This document shows positions 1 to 7,893 of a stretch of DNA of 24,000 bases, piece by piece. Below the pieces are notes generated by a model. It saw only the letters and a list, made by a program, of their open reading frames with translations, had not been told where the DNA came from and did no database searches. The first letter of the stretch is position 1. Each line of letters starts with the position of its first letter. The position numbers and the translations under genes are program-made. This DNA comes from Sulfolobaceae archaeon (GTDB lineage Archaea > Thermoproteota > Thermoprotei_A > Sulfolobales > Sulfolobaceae): positions 88,578 to 112,577 of the forward strand of contig JAPNVD010000007.1 of assembly GCA_026627305.1 (NCBI GenBank), in the 5' to 3' direction.

Positions 1-77
1 ATACTCTCTATCCTTCTCCACTTGTTGTGAGTAGAAGTTATCTCGAGGATCTTATTTAACTCGCTCGGAAGACTCAT
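1..77 (-). CDS. glyA: serine hydroxymethyltransferase, first ~25 codons only (gene runs off the left edge)
   Basis: The ATG at 77 (minus) opens a frame that stays open to position 1: MSLPSELNKILEITSTHNKWRRIES. The H..W(R/M)R(E)S stretch is what precedes the LIASEN motif in archaeal SHMTs (from memory). An A/T-rich TATA-like element lies ~25 nt upstream. Only 25 aa are visible, so the call is tentative. Confidence 0.4.
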   Translation of the reverse strand, partial: MSLPSELNKILEITSTHNKWRRIES

Positions 78-97
78 AATTAAATACTAACCAGTGG

Positions 98-108
98 AAA
101 TAAAAAAT
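98..108 (-). promoter_or_regulatory. TATA-like box for the glyA-like gene (leaderless layout)
   Basis: The minus strand reads ATTTTTTATTT, centred ~25 nt upstream of the ATG at 77 and immediately downstream of the hmgA stop codon (114-116). Confidence 0.35.
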
Positions 109-113
109 ATTAA

Positions 114-1373
114 TTAACTCTTAATATTTCTTCCTAACTTTTTATGTGCCTTTCCTAATTCTCTATTGGCTAAAGCAGAGAGAAGATTTAACTCACCTGC
201 AAGTACAGCGGCAGCAATAATTTCGGCGAATTTCTTACTATTGCTACCCGGAGGACTACCAGGACCATAAACACCTAATATTTCTAAAGCCTCTCTCTGA
301 GTAGGTAATCTTGTACCCCCACCTACTGTGCCTACTTCTAATGACGTTAATGTGACAGATATGTATAAATCATTACCCCTAACCTCAGTCCACGTATAAC
401 CGCTGCTGCTCTCTACAACTTGAGCTACATCCTGACCTGTAGCTATAAATATTGCAGTTACAATGTTAGCAAAATGAGCATTAAACTGAAACATTGTTCC
501 TGCCCTAGCACCACCGAGCCAATTCTTACGTAAATTAACATCATGAATCAAAGCTGCGTCACTCTTTAAAACGTTCTTTATAACGCTTTCTGGTATTAAA
601 GCTTCAGCGACAACTGTTTTACCCCTACCATGAAGGCTATTTATACTAGATTGCTTTTTGTCGCTACACATATTACCGCTAACAGCAACACAATCAGCAT
701 AAGGATAGTTCTTCTCGATATAATCGCACACACTTTCAACCGCAATAGTTACCATATTCATCCCCATAGCGTCTCCAGTCTCAAAGACAAATCTTAACCA
801 AACGTTGTTACCTAATACGAAAGGCTCAATATCTTTGAGCTTCCCATGACTAGTAGTACCTTCAGCTACTTCTTTAATCTTCTCGTAATTTTGATTAACC
901 CAGTTTAGAAAATCTGTAACTCTGGTAATACTATCTAGTTTAAAAACTGGAGCTCTGGCCATTCCATCAAAAATTATCTTTACATTAGCACCTCCGCTTA
1001 ATGTAATAGCTTTAGCTCCTCTATTTACGCTAGCTATTAAAGCTCCTTCTGTAGTAGCTAATGGAACATAAAACTCTCCCTTAGCATAGTCTCCATTGAC
1101 TTTTAATGGCCCCACTATCCCTAAAGGAATTTGCGTACCTCCTATAACGTTCTCAGCATTTCTATTTTTGATTTCAGAGTAATCTATTATAGTTGAGCCT
1201 ATAGCAGGTAGCTTAACGTTTAATATTTTTTCCAGAGCTTGCCTCCTAGCAACTACAGCAGCGTTTGCCTCTAATAAATCATCAACTCTGTGGAATTCTA
1301 TTTCCTTCTTTACTAGTTTCTCTACTATTTCGTCTATATTATTGACCTTCTGCTGGTCTGAATTTAACTCCAT
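114..1373 (-). CDS. hmgA: HMG-CoA reductase, class I (archaeal)
   Basis: 419-aa ORF with the class I HMGR motifs [13 protein letters not shown] and GTVGGGT, and a C-terminal LGKAH. It is the last gene of the mevalonate operon. Confidence 0.95.
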   Translation of the reverse strand: MELNSDQQKVNNIDEIVEKLVKKEIEFHRVDDLLEANAAVVARRQALEKILNVKLPAIGSTIIDYSEIKNRNAENVIGGTQIPLGIVGPLKVNGDYAKGEFYVPLATTEGALIASVNRGAKAITLSGGANVKIIFDGMARAPVFKLDSITRVTDFLNWVNQNYEKIKEVAEGTTSHGKLKDIEPFVLGNNVWLRFVFETGDAMGMNMVTIAVESVCDYIEKNYPYADCVAVSGNMCSDKKQSSINSLHGRGKTVVAEALIPESVIKNVLKSDAALIHDVNLRKNWLGGARAGTMFQFNAHFANIVTAIFIATGQDVAQVVESSSGYTWTEVRGNDLYISVTLTSLEVGTVGGGTRLPTQREALEILGVYGPGSPPGSNSKKFAEIIAAAVLAGELNLLSALANRELGKAHKKLGRNIKS

Positions 1374-1752
1374 AGACTATCAATCCGTTAGATGAGTCTG
1401 ACCTCAATTTCCTTAAAGTTGCCTTTACTCTAATACCTTCCTTAATATTAGATTCGTTTACATCAGTTAGAGGAGCTACAATTGTAAATCCTTCGTCTAG
1501 CCTTATTATACCTACATACATTGGCAAGACTTTTTCAAACCCTTCTCTAGCCTGATAACTTACAGTATAGTCTATTAATGTACCCTCTCCCGAAAGTTTT
1601 ATAGACTTTACGTTAGTGGATCCACATTTTGAACATATTTGCTGATATGGAAAAGTTATGTTACCACAATCTTCACACTTTGCTGCAATAAGGTTGTATA
1701 AGCTGTCTTTTATTCTCCAAACCGAAGGAGGAGCTATTTTCATGATTTTCAC
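1339..1752 (-). CDS. DUF35 family Zn-ribbon/OB-fold protein (scaffold subunit of the archaeal thiolase/HMG-CoA synthase complex)
   Basis: 137 aa with a four-Cys ribbon ([20 protein letters not shown]) followed by a beta-rich OB-like region. Its start makes a 4-bp overlap with the stop of the upstream thiolase-like gene. Its 3' end overlaps the hmgA start by 35 nt. The HMGS/thiolase/DUF35 gene order is typical of archaea. Confidence 0.85.
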   Translation of the reverse strand: MKIMKIAPPSVWRIKDSLYNLIAAKCEDCGNITFPYQQICSKCGSTNVKSIKLSGEGTLIDYTVSYQAREGFEKVLPMYVGIIRLDEGFTIVAPLTDVNESNIKEGIRVKATLRKLRSDSSNGLIVYGVKFRPAEGQ

Positions 1753-2855
1753 CTCCTAACATATACTAAATATGCGGATCTGGAAAGATCATCAGTGGAT
1801 AAAACAAATCCTCTTTCCGCACCTGATACTCTCTTTCCTTTGAACTCTCCCACAAGTTGTTGATGAACTTCAGCTAACTGATAAACACCAGTAGCACCGC
1901 CAGGATATCCTCTAGCTTTAAGACCTCCACTATAGTTAATGGGTATCAACGAATCTAATGACTTCAGCGATTTGCCGTATTCCGCTAGACCTAATTCCTC
2001 CAATTGTAACGCTGCCATAATACTATAAGAATCATGGATCTCAGCGAGCTCAGCCTGCTTTAAGAGATCCTTAGCTTCAAGACCTATGGATCTAACTGCA
2101 GGTAATCCTGGCACAAAATCTATATCAGAAGAGGAACCTGTAACGTATTCTATTTTACTATATTCATCAGAGATCTTACTAGAAATTTCATCAGTTGCCA
2201 AATAAACTGCTGCTGCTCCATCACCTCTAGCGCCTATATCAAACAATCTCAAGGGTTCTGCAATGACTTGAGAAGAAATTATTGCATTCATATTTGCGGG
2301 GAATCTCAAGTATGCATATGGATTTTCAACAGCATTAGAATGCATAGCTATACTCCAATTGGCGAAGTAGGAATAGTCAACATTATACTTCTTCATATAA
2401 GCCTTCATGAGGAGTGCAGCATATACATGTGGTACTAGCCCACTTTGGTATGAGTATTCCTCATCTAAATTATATGAAAGCGCTTCATTAAGGTACTTAG
2501 ATGGATAATCACTCAATTTCTCAACACCCAAGATCAAAGCAGTTTTTGCTATACCCGCTTTTAACAATGAGTATGCAGTAAATATTGCACTACCGCCGCT
2601 ACCATCACCCGCTTCTACTCTTAATGCTGTAGATGTTAGGCCTAAATATGTTGCCAGTTTACCAGCTAATACAAGTTGATGATTTACCGCTTCACCATAA
2701 GCATTAGCAACTAATACTACATCAGGCTTAACGAACTCCTTAAGTTTAGATTTCAACTCTTGTACAACTGCCACTGCTAAATCTCTTAATCCTAAGTTAT
2801 AGTGCCTATCAATCTTATACATTGATGAACCTACTACACGAACCTCAACCATCAT
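1749..2855 (-). CDS. thiolase-superfamily protein (SCP2/archaeal acetoacetyl-CoA thiolase-like) lacking all cysteines; probably non-catalytic
   Basis: 368 aa with thiolase-like blocks [34 protein letters not shown] and [17 protein letters not shown]. There is no Cys anywhere in the protein. It has 4-bp overlaps with both neighbours. Confidence 0.8.
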   Translation of the reverse strand: MMVEVRVVGSSMYKIDRHYNLGLRDLAVAVVQELKSKLKEFVKPDVVLVANAYGEAVNHQLVLAGKLATYLGLTSTALRVEAGDGSGGSAIFTAYSLLKAGIAKTALILGVEKLSDYPSKYLNEALSYNLDEEYSYQSGLVPHVYAALLMKAYMKKYNVDYSYFANWSIAMHSNAVENPYAYLRFPANMNAIISSQVIAEPLRLFDIGARGDGAAAVYLATDEISSKISDEYSKIEYVTGSSSDIDFVPGLPAVRSIGLEAKDLLKQAELAEIHDSYSIMAALQLEELGLAEYGKSLKSLDSLIPINYSGGLKARGYPGGATGVYQLAEVHQQLVGEFKGKRVSGAERGFVLSTDDLSRSAYLVYVRR

Positions 2856-3898
2856 TCATACACCTTCATCTTATTTGTATTCTTTGCGTAAGTTGCATAA
2901 CTCACAACTATCTTATTTGAGATATAATAATCTGTAGTTGGCGCTAACTTCTGCCTTTCCTCTATCTTATCGGTTGTTACAACACTAAACGCATCGCTGC
3001 CTGCGCCACTACCGAAAGGTGCTACAAGTATACGTTGATTTGGTTTTGCAACATCAAGTACTTTAGCTAAGCCTAATAATGCAGAGGCGTTGTAAGGATT
3101 ACCGATAAGAGGAGATACTAACCCTTGTTTGACTTTCTCAAGAGGAACTCCTAGCTTTTTAGCCACTTGTAACGGGAATTTGCCATTGGGTTGATGAAAC
3201 ACAAAATAATCAAAATCTGAAATCTTATACCCTCCATTCTCTAGAAGAAGTTTAACGGCAGAAATTATGTGATCGAAGTAAGCAGGCTCCCCTGTGAATC
3301 CTTCACCATGAACTGGATATGGCATACCGTCCCTCCTCCAGAAGTCCGGAGTGTCAGAAGTATAAGAAGTTGAAGCCTCTATTAACGCTGAAGCCTCGCT
3401 TTCAGGACCTATAATGTACGCAACTGCAGCAGCTGCCGAGCTAAGCTCTAAGACATCTCCCGGATTTGACTGTGCAGTATCTGAACCTATTATCAATCCA
3501 TAACTTATTCTATTGGCTTCTACCATTGAAGCGCCTAACCTCAATCCCGCTGAAGCAGCCCTGCATGCAAATTCTAAATCAGCACCTAAACTAGCATTAG
3601 TTATACCTAAGGCATCTATTAATATTGTAGCTGTTGGCTTTACCGCATAAACTTTAGACTCAGAGCCGAAGAGAACCAAGTTTATCTTACTTGGATCTAT
3701 TTTAGCCCTCTTTAACGCGTTGACTGAAGCCTCCCAAGCCATTGTCGTAGAGTCTTCATCAGGACCTGGTACGGATTTCTCGGTTAGCCCTAAACTATTA
3801 ACGGTAGTTGTTTCAATACCCCAGTTTCTTGCTATATCCTCCACCTTTATTCTATACCTGGGTACGTAAGAACCCCAACCAATTATACCAGCTTTCAT
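2852..3898 (-). CDS. HMG-CoA synthase (archaeal type)
   Basis: Condensing-enzyme motifs are retained: the nucleophile in [19 protein letters not shown], and [13 protein letters not shown] place the start at ATG 3898 ([11 protein letters not shown]), not the TTG at 3922 used by the ORF track, because a TTTAAAT box at 3922-3928 is centred ~27 nt upstream of ATG 3898. Confidence 0.9.
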   Translation of the reverse strand: MKAGIIGWGSYVPRYRIKVEDIARNWGIETTTVNSLGLTEKSVPGPDEDSTTMAWEASVNALKRAKIDPSKINLVLFGSESKVYAVKPTATILIDALGITNASLGADLEFACRAASAGLRLGASMVEANRISYGLIIGSDTAQSNPGDVLELSSAAAAVAYIIGPESEASALIEASTSYTSDTPDFWRRDGMPYPVHGEGFTGEPAYFDHIISAVKLLLENGGYKISDFDYFVFHQPNGKFPLQVAKKLGVPLEKVKQGLVSPLIGNPYNASALLGLAKVLDVAKPNQRILVAPFGSGAGSDAFSVVTTDKIEERQKLAPTTDYYISNKIVVSYATYAKNTNKMKVYE

Positions 3899-3921
3899 TC
3901 CAGTTCTTATATATGGAAGCA

Positions 3922-3928
3922 ATTTAAA
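3922..3928 (-). promoter_or_regulatory. TATA box of the mevalonate operon (leaderless HMGS mRNA)
   Basis: The minus strand reads TTTAAAT, 24-30 nt upstream of ATG 3898. Confidence 0.5.
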
Positions 3929-3938
3929 GGTTTTCGCT

Positions 3939-3964
3939 AATTGTCTATTAATACATAGACAGTT
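3939..3964. promoter_or_regulatory. imperfect palindrome AATTGTCTAT-N6-ATAGACAGTT just upstream of the mevalonate-operon TATA/BRE
   Basis: The arms match 9 of 10 positions, with the inner 7 bp perfect, and the spacer is 6 nt. It lies at about -41 to -66 relative to ATG 3898. Confidence 0.35.
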
Positions 3965-3970
3965 GACGAT

Positions 3971-4005
3971 TAAAAATAAAATAAAATAAATTTTTAATTA
4001 AAAAA
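3971..4005 (-). terminator. oligo-T termination region after the decarboxylase gene
   Basis: On the minus strand a T6 run (4000-4005) begins 12 nt after the stop codon. It is followed by TTTATTTTATTTTATTTTT. Archaeal RNA polymerase terminates at oligo-T. Confidence 0.5.
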
Positions 4006-4017
4006 TATATGAGTATG

Positions 4018-4425
4018 TTAGCTTGAACTTCTATCAGCGTAAAACATCTGATACCTCTTCGGATTTAGATTACTAACTATATACATAAATGCGGCTTCAG
4101 GATCACTATGTTCTCCACAAGTATACACATCAAGCGTTGCGTATTTATATTCGTTCCATGTGTGTAATGCTATATGGCTTTCCTCTACTAAGGCTATTAC
4201 AGACACTCCTCCTTTCTTACCACCAAAACTCCAGGATTTTATCTCCACCAACTTCATGTTAGCTATTTTCACAGCATCTAGCACAAGACGTTCCAGAAAC
4301 TCTCTATCCGTTAGCAATTTCTCATCGATATCGTATAGATTCCCGAAAACATGTTTTCCGATTATTCTATCCTCATTATCTTTGATTAAAGAACTTAGGT
4401 TTTCAGTGAGGGTCTGATTGGACAT
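4018..4425 (-). CDS. pyruvoyl-dependent decarboxylase proenzyme of the AdoMetDC (class 1b) family; either S-adenosylmethionine decarboxylase or the crenarchaeal arginine decarboxylase paralogue
   Basis: 135 aa with the self-cleavage site [13 protein letters not shown] (Ser83) and a downstream TCG. The size and motif are typical of the family. Confidence 0.85.
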   Translation of the reverse strand: MSNQTLTENLSSLIKDNEDRIIGKHVFGNLYDIDEKLLTDREFLERLVLDAVKIANMKLVEIKSWSFGGKKGGVSVIALVEESHIALHTWNEYKYATLDVYTCGEHSDPEAAFMYIVSNLNPKRYQMFYADRSSS

Positions 4426-4539
4426 CTCCTTCTAATATGCCCCCGTTTGATTGCTGAACCATCGTGATATATAAAGGTAACTGTTTTAAATTGTAGTAGG
4501 AATAACGTTATTATCTGAACAACCATAATACTTGAGAAC

Positions 4540-5442
4540 ATGTCAAAATTATCACTAGCCCTGGCAGGAATATTCATACTACTAATAATAATTGCTGGAC
4601 TATTTATAGCTGAAAATCTTGCATCACATCTTTCAATGAAAATCTACTCGCTTACTGTACTTTTATCGGGAAATGGTTCAGGAAATGTTATTCTTGAATT
4701 TAAAGGAACAGTTAATAATGGCGTCTTACCAAATAACTACACAATACTATTTTTAGCAGAGTTATCTAATGTTACACAATCTAAGACCTCGATACAATCA
4801 AAGCTAATTTATGTTTCAAACTATACATTTGTATATACAAAATCCTTTCAAACTAAAAACTTCTCCATTTACCTCGAAATACCTAAAGACGAATTAATCA
4901 GCGTAGATTTAAAGACTGGAACAGTGTCTATAAATCTAATAGGATTGGAGTATAGCGTTAGTGGACTTTACGGATATCATTTTCATGTTAATCTCAACAA
5001 CCTAGTTGGATTTCTTGATAATCAAATTTACTCACTAATCCTTGAAACCTCTAGTCCAAAAGAACCAAGTGCTACATATCAACTTATGGTTAATGATATC
5101 CCTTACAGTAATCTTAATCCAAACTTATTATCTCCTGCGTTTTATGCCTATGTGACAGTTAAGGGCTTAGAGTATTTCTTCTCTAACAACTCTGCACAGC
5201 TTATTCTAAGTTTTAACATGTATAAAGCATTACCAGCGAGTGATACTTTATACCTAAATTATGGACCCCATAATATTAGTATAGAACTGAACAACAAACT
5301 TATAGAACAGCAAGTGATGAACATAAATCCTAAGGAGTTAAATTACAGTCTAGCCTTTCAACTACCGATAAATATATCTAACCTAACAATACTAGTTTAT
5401 CAAAACTCAACAAGCTACTACTATCTGTACTACTCACTTTAA
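4540..5442 (+). CDS. hypothetical membrane-anchored extracellular protein, N-glycosylation-sequon rich
   Basis: 300 aa with an N-terminal hydrophobic anchor (LSLALAGIFILLIIIAGLFIA). I count 11 N-x-S/T sequons. The composition is rich in Ser, Asn, Tyr and Leu, and I recognise no enzymatic motif. A back-to-back TATA-like pair (4468-4475 minus, 4484-4490 plus) lies in the divergent intergenic region. Confidence 0.6.
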   Translation: MSKLSLALAGIFILLIIIAGLFIAENLASHLSMKIYSLTVLLSGNGSGNVILEFKGTVNNGVLPNNYTILFLAELSNVTQSKTSIQSKLIYVSNYTFVYTKSFQTKNFSIYLEIPKDELISVDLKTGTVSINLIGLEYSVSGLYGYHFHVNLNNLVGFLDNQIYSLILETSSPKEPSATYQLMVNDIPYSNLNPNLLSPAFYAYVTVKGLEYFFSNNSAQLILSFNMYKALPASDTLYLNYGPHNISIELNNKLIEQQVMNINPKELNYSLAFQLPINISNLTILVYQNSTSYYYLYYSL

Positions 5443-5533
5443 CTGTTGCCCTATAACACACCCTTAGTATCATAAAATTCCTGAAATAAGTAAGAAAGCG
5501 TTCGTTTTTATGTTTGTTACAAACTTATTATAG

Positions 5534-5587
5534 AAGACTTCACGAAAGACCTGTGTATATTTATCTTAGGAAATTTCATGAAGTCTT
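5534..5587 (-). other. 14-bp stem / 26-nt loop hairpin in the 3' trailer of tRNA-Leu
   Basis: The arms are 5534-5547 (AAGACTTCACGAAA) and 5574-5587 (TTTCATGAAGTCTT). The single non-complementary position is C.A on the plus-strand RNA but G.U on the minus-strand RNA, the strand of the tRNA. Confidence 0.3.
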
Positions 5588-5601
5588 AAATTAGCGGAGA
5601 G

Positions 5602-5686
<85 letters not shown>

Positions 5687-5712
5687 ACAAACTATTACTC
5701 TACTTTATCTGG

Positions 5713-5718
5713 TTTAAA
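5713..5718 (-). promoter_or_regulatory. TATA box for tRNA-Leu
   Basis: The minus strand reads gcTTTAAAcc, 27-32 nt upstream of the mature tRNA 5' end (5686). Confidence 0.5.
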
Positions 5719-5734
5719 GCTAATCCTTGTAAAC

Positions 5735-6007
5735 CTAAATACTATTAAGAATTAATTGCTTTACATTCTCTATACCTATTTTATTGGCATATTTTTCAAG
5801 TATCTTTAAAACTATATCGAAAAATTCCTTATTTGATAAGACATCCTGAGAATATAAGGAATAGACGTATATTGTAGAGACCTTTATATCATTGGACTTC
5901 TCGAAATCGTCTTGGATTTCATCTAATATCCTTTCAACTCTTGTCTTATCCATCTTCCCCTTAAAGCTTCTTAATCTCTCAAACTCCTCTGATGACATTA
6001 TTGACAA
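5735..6007 (-). CDS. hypothetical small helical protein (90 aa)
   Basis: This ORF begins 4 nt after the pyrH stop on the same strand, so it is probably co-transcribed. The sequence is charged and predicted helical, and I recognise no motif. Confidence 0.45.
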   Translation of the reverse strand: MSIMSSEEFERLRSFKGKMDKTRVERILDEIQDDFEKSNDIKVSTIYVYSLYSQDVLSNKEFFDIVLKILEKYANKIGIENVKQLILNSI

Positions 6008-6011
6008 TTTT

Positions 6012-6716
<705 letters not shown>

Positions 6717-6725
6717 TTATAGCTT

Positions 6726-6731
6726 AAAAAA
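6726..6731 (-). terminator. T6 terminator after cren7
   Basis: An A6 run on the plus strand gives T6 on the minus strand, 7-12 nt downstream of the cren7 stop codon (6738-6740). Confidence 0.5.
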
Positions 6732-6737
6732 GTATTC

Positions 6738-6917
6738 TTATACGGGGTAGTCGTCAGGTAACTTGTGCCTAAAGTACTTTCCGCTTTCTGGATCCTTAAA
6801 TAGCCCTATCTTTACTCCTTTTCTGCCCTTTGGCGCTAGTACCCAGGCTTTCTCAGGAACTAATTCAACCTCTTTGCCGCTTGGTGTTTTTACTTTAACT
6901 GATTTTTTGGAGCTCAT
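6738..6917 (-). CDS. cren7: chromatin protein Cren7 (59 aa); absent from the supplied ORF track
   Basis: My own translation of the minus strand gives [59 protein letters not shown]. This is near-identical to the Sulfolobus Cren7 sequence as I remember it ([31 protein letters not shown]). Confidence 0.95.
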   Translation of the reverse strand: MSSKKSVKVKTPSGKEVELVPEKAWVLAPKGRKGVKIGLFKDPESGKYFRHKLPDDYPV

Positions 6918-6937
6918 TTTTCTTCTAATGTAATGTT

Positions 6938-6961
6938 AAAGGTTTAATCTTATAAACCTTT
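6938..6961 (-). promoter_or_regulatory. cren7 promoter: TTTATAA box (6950-6956) embedded in a perfect 9-bp inverted repeat AAAGGTTTA-N6-TAAACCTTT
   Basis: The TATA box lies 33-39 nt upstream of ATG 6917. The inverted-repeat arms are 6938-6946 and 6953-6961. Confidence 0.5.
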
Positions 6962-7052
6962 CCATGAGGCATTTAATTGATAATACCATGAGTAAGCTAA
7001 TGGTATTTAACGAAAAACTATTAATGTATATACTACGTATTACCTTATTAAT

Positions 7053-7850
7053 TTAAATAGCTCTAGAAGTACCGCCATCGACTAGGAAATAAGAACCTGT
7101 AATATAAGAAGACAAGTCTGATGCTAGGTATAATACAAAGGGTCCTAAATCCTCCTCTATATCTCCCACCCTCTTCACAGCAGAAGGTTCAACAACGTAT
7201 TTGCTCCAAAGCTCTTCATAACTTAAACCAACCTTATTAGCAATCTTATTTAGCGTTTCTATAGATGTAGGAGTAGGAAAACTCCCTAAAAGGATAGCAT
7301 TGACAGTTACATTATATTTACCCACTTCTCTAGCCAGTAGTTTAGTAAATTGCAATAGAGATGCTCTAGCTGTATCTGCAAGAGAAAAGAAATCCTGGGG
7401 TTCTTTTACAGTCCATGAAGAGATAAAGATTATTCTGCCAAACTTCTGTTTAATCATTATCTTTGCTACGTTTGTTGAAAGATATATTGGCCCTAAAAGA
7501 AAAAGTTTTATTGCGTATTCCCAATCCTCGATTGAGTTCTCTAGGACAGTAGAAGGCTCCCTCGGAGTGTTGCCACTATTTACGACTAAAACATCTATTC
7601 CGCCTAGTTTATTAAGCGTAGCAGAGATAAGCGAGTCTAAAGACTGATAGTTAGTCAGATCGCTTGTAAATCCATACACTTGATCAGAAACGCTTTTCAA
7701 TTCATTTATAGCCTCTTCAACATGAGATTCAGATCTTGATGTAATAACTACTTTACACCCCTCTTTTAAGAAAACCTTCGCTAAACCTTTTCCTATACCT
7801 CTAGTGGATGAAGTGATAAGAACCCTTTTTCCCGCTAACCTTATTTCCAT
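7053..7850 (-). CDS. short-chain dehydrogenase/reductase (SDR) family protein, atypical active site
   Basis: It has the Rossmann motif ITSSTRGIGKG and the VVNSGN (NNAG-like) motif. I prefer ATG 7850 (MEIRLAGKRVLITS) because a TTTTTAA box at 7873-7879 lies 23-29 nt upstream, and this start removes the overlap with the upstream gene. The expected YxxxK is not visible. Confidence 0.8.
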   Translation of the reverse strand: MEIRLAGKRVLITSSTRGIGKGLAKVFLKEGCKVVITSRSESHVEEAINELKSVSDQVYGFTSDLTNYQSLDSLISATLNKLGGIDVLVVNSGNTPREPSTVLENSIEDWEYAIKLFLLGPIYLSTNVAKIMIKQKFGRIIFISSWTVKEPQDFFSLADTARASLLQFTKLLAREVGKYNVTVNAILLGSFPTPTSIETLNKIANKVGLSYEELWSKYVVEPSAVKRVGDIEEDLGPFVLYLASDLSSYITGSYFLVDGGTSRAI

Positions 7851-7893
7851 AGTAAAAAGTATACTAGATACATTAAAAAGAATAGGCAGGTTT

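Noticed and set aside
3899-3922. The TTG start at 3922, which extends HMG-CoA synthase by 8 codons (ORF-track call).
   Set aside because: The TTG lies within the TTTAAAT box that is correctly spaced for a leaderless transcript beginning at ATG 3898. [11 protein letters not shown] is also the usual family N-terminus.
3971-3995. An (ATAAA)n-like tandem A/T repeat.
   Set aside because: There are only 3-4 imperfect units. It is best explained as the oligo-T termination tract (minus strand) of the decarboxylase gene, not as a meaningful repeat array.
4395-4577. A 60-aa minus-strand ORF spanning the divergent promoter region between the decarboxylase and the sequon-rich protein.
   Set aside because: It is out of frame with the decarboxylase. 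It overlaps both genes' starts and the two TATA-like boxes. Its sequence is hydrophobic and low-complexity with no support.
6982-7007. An 8-bp stem, 10-nt loop hairpin (AATACCAT...ATGGTATT) downstream of the SDR gene.
   Set aside because: It is short and AT-rich and lies next to a T5 tract (7013-7017, minus strand) that suffices for archaeal termination. There is no evidence for any function beyond the 3' end region.
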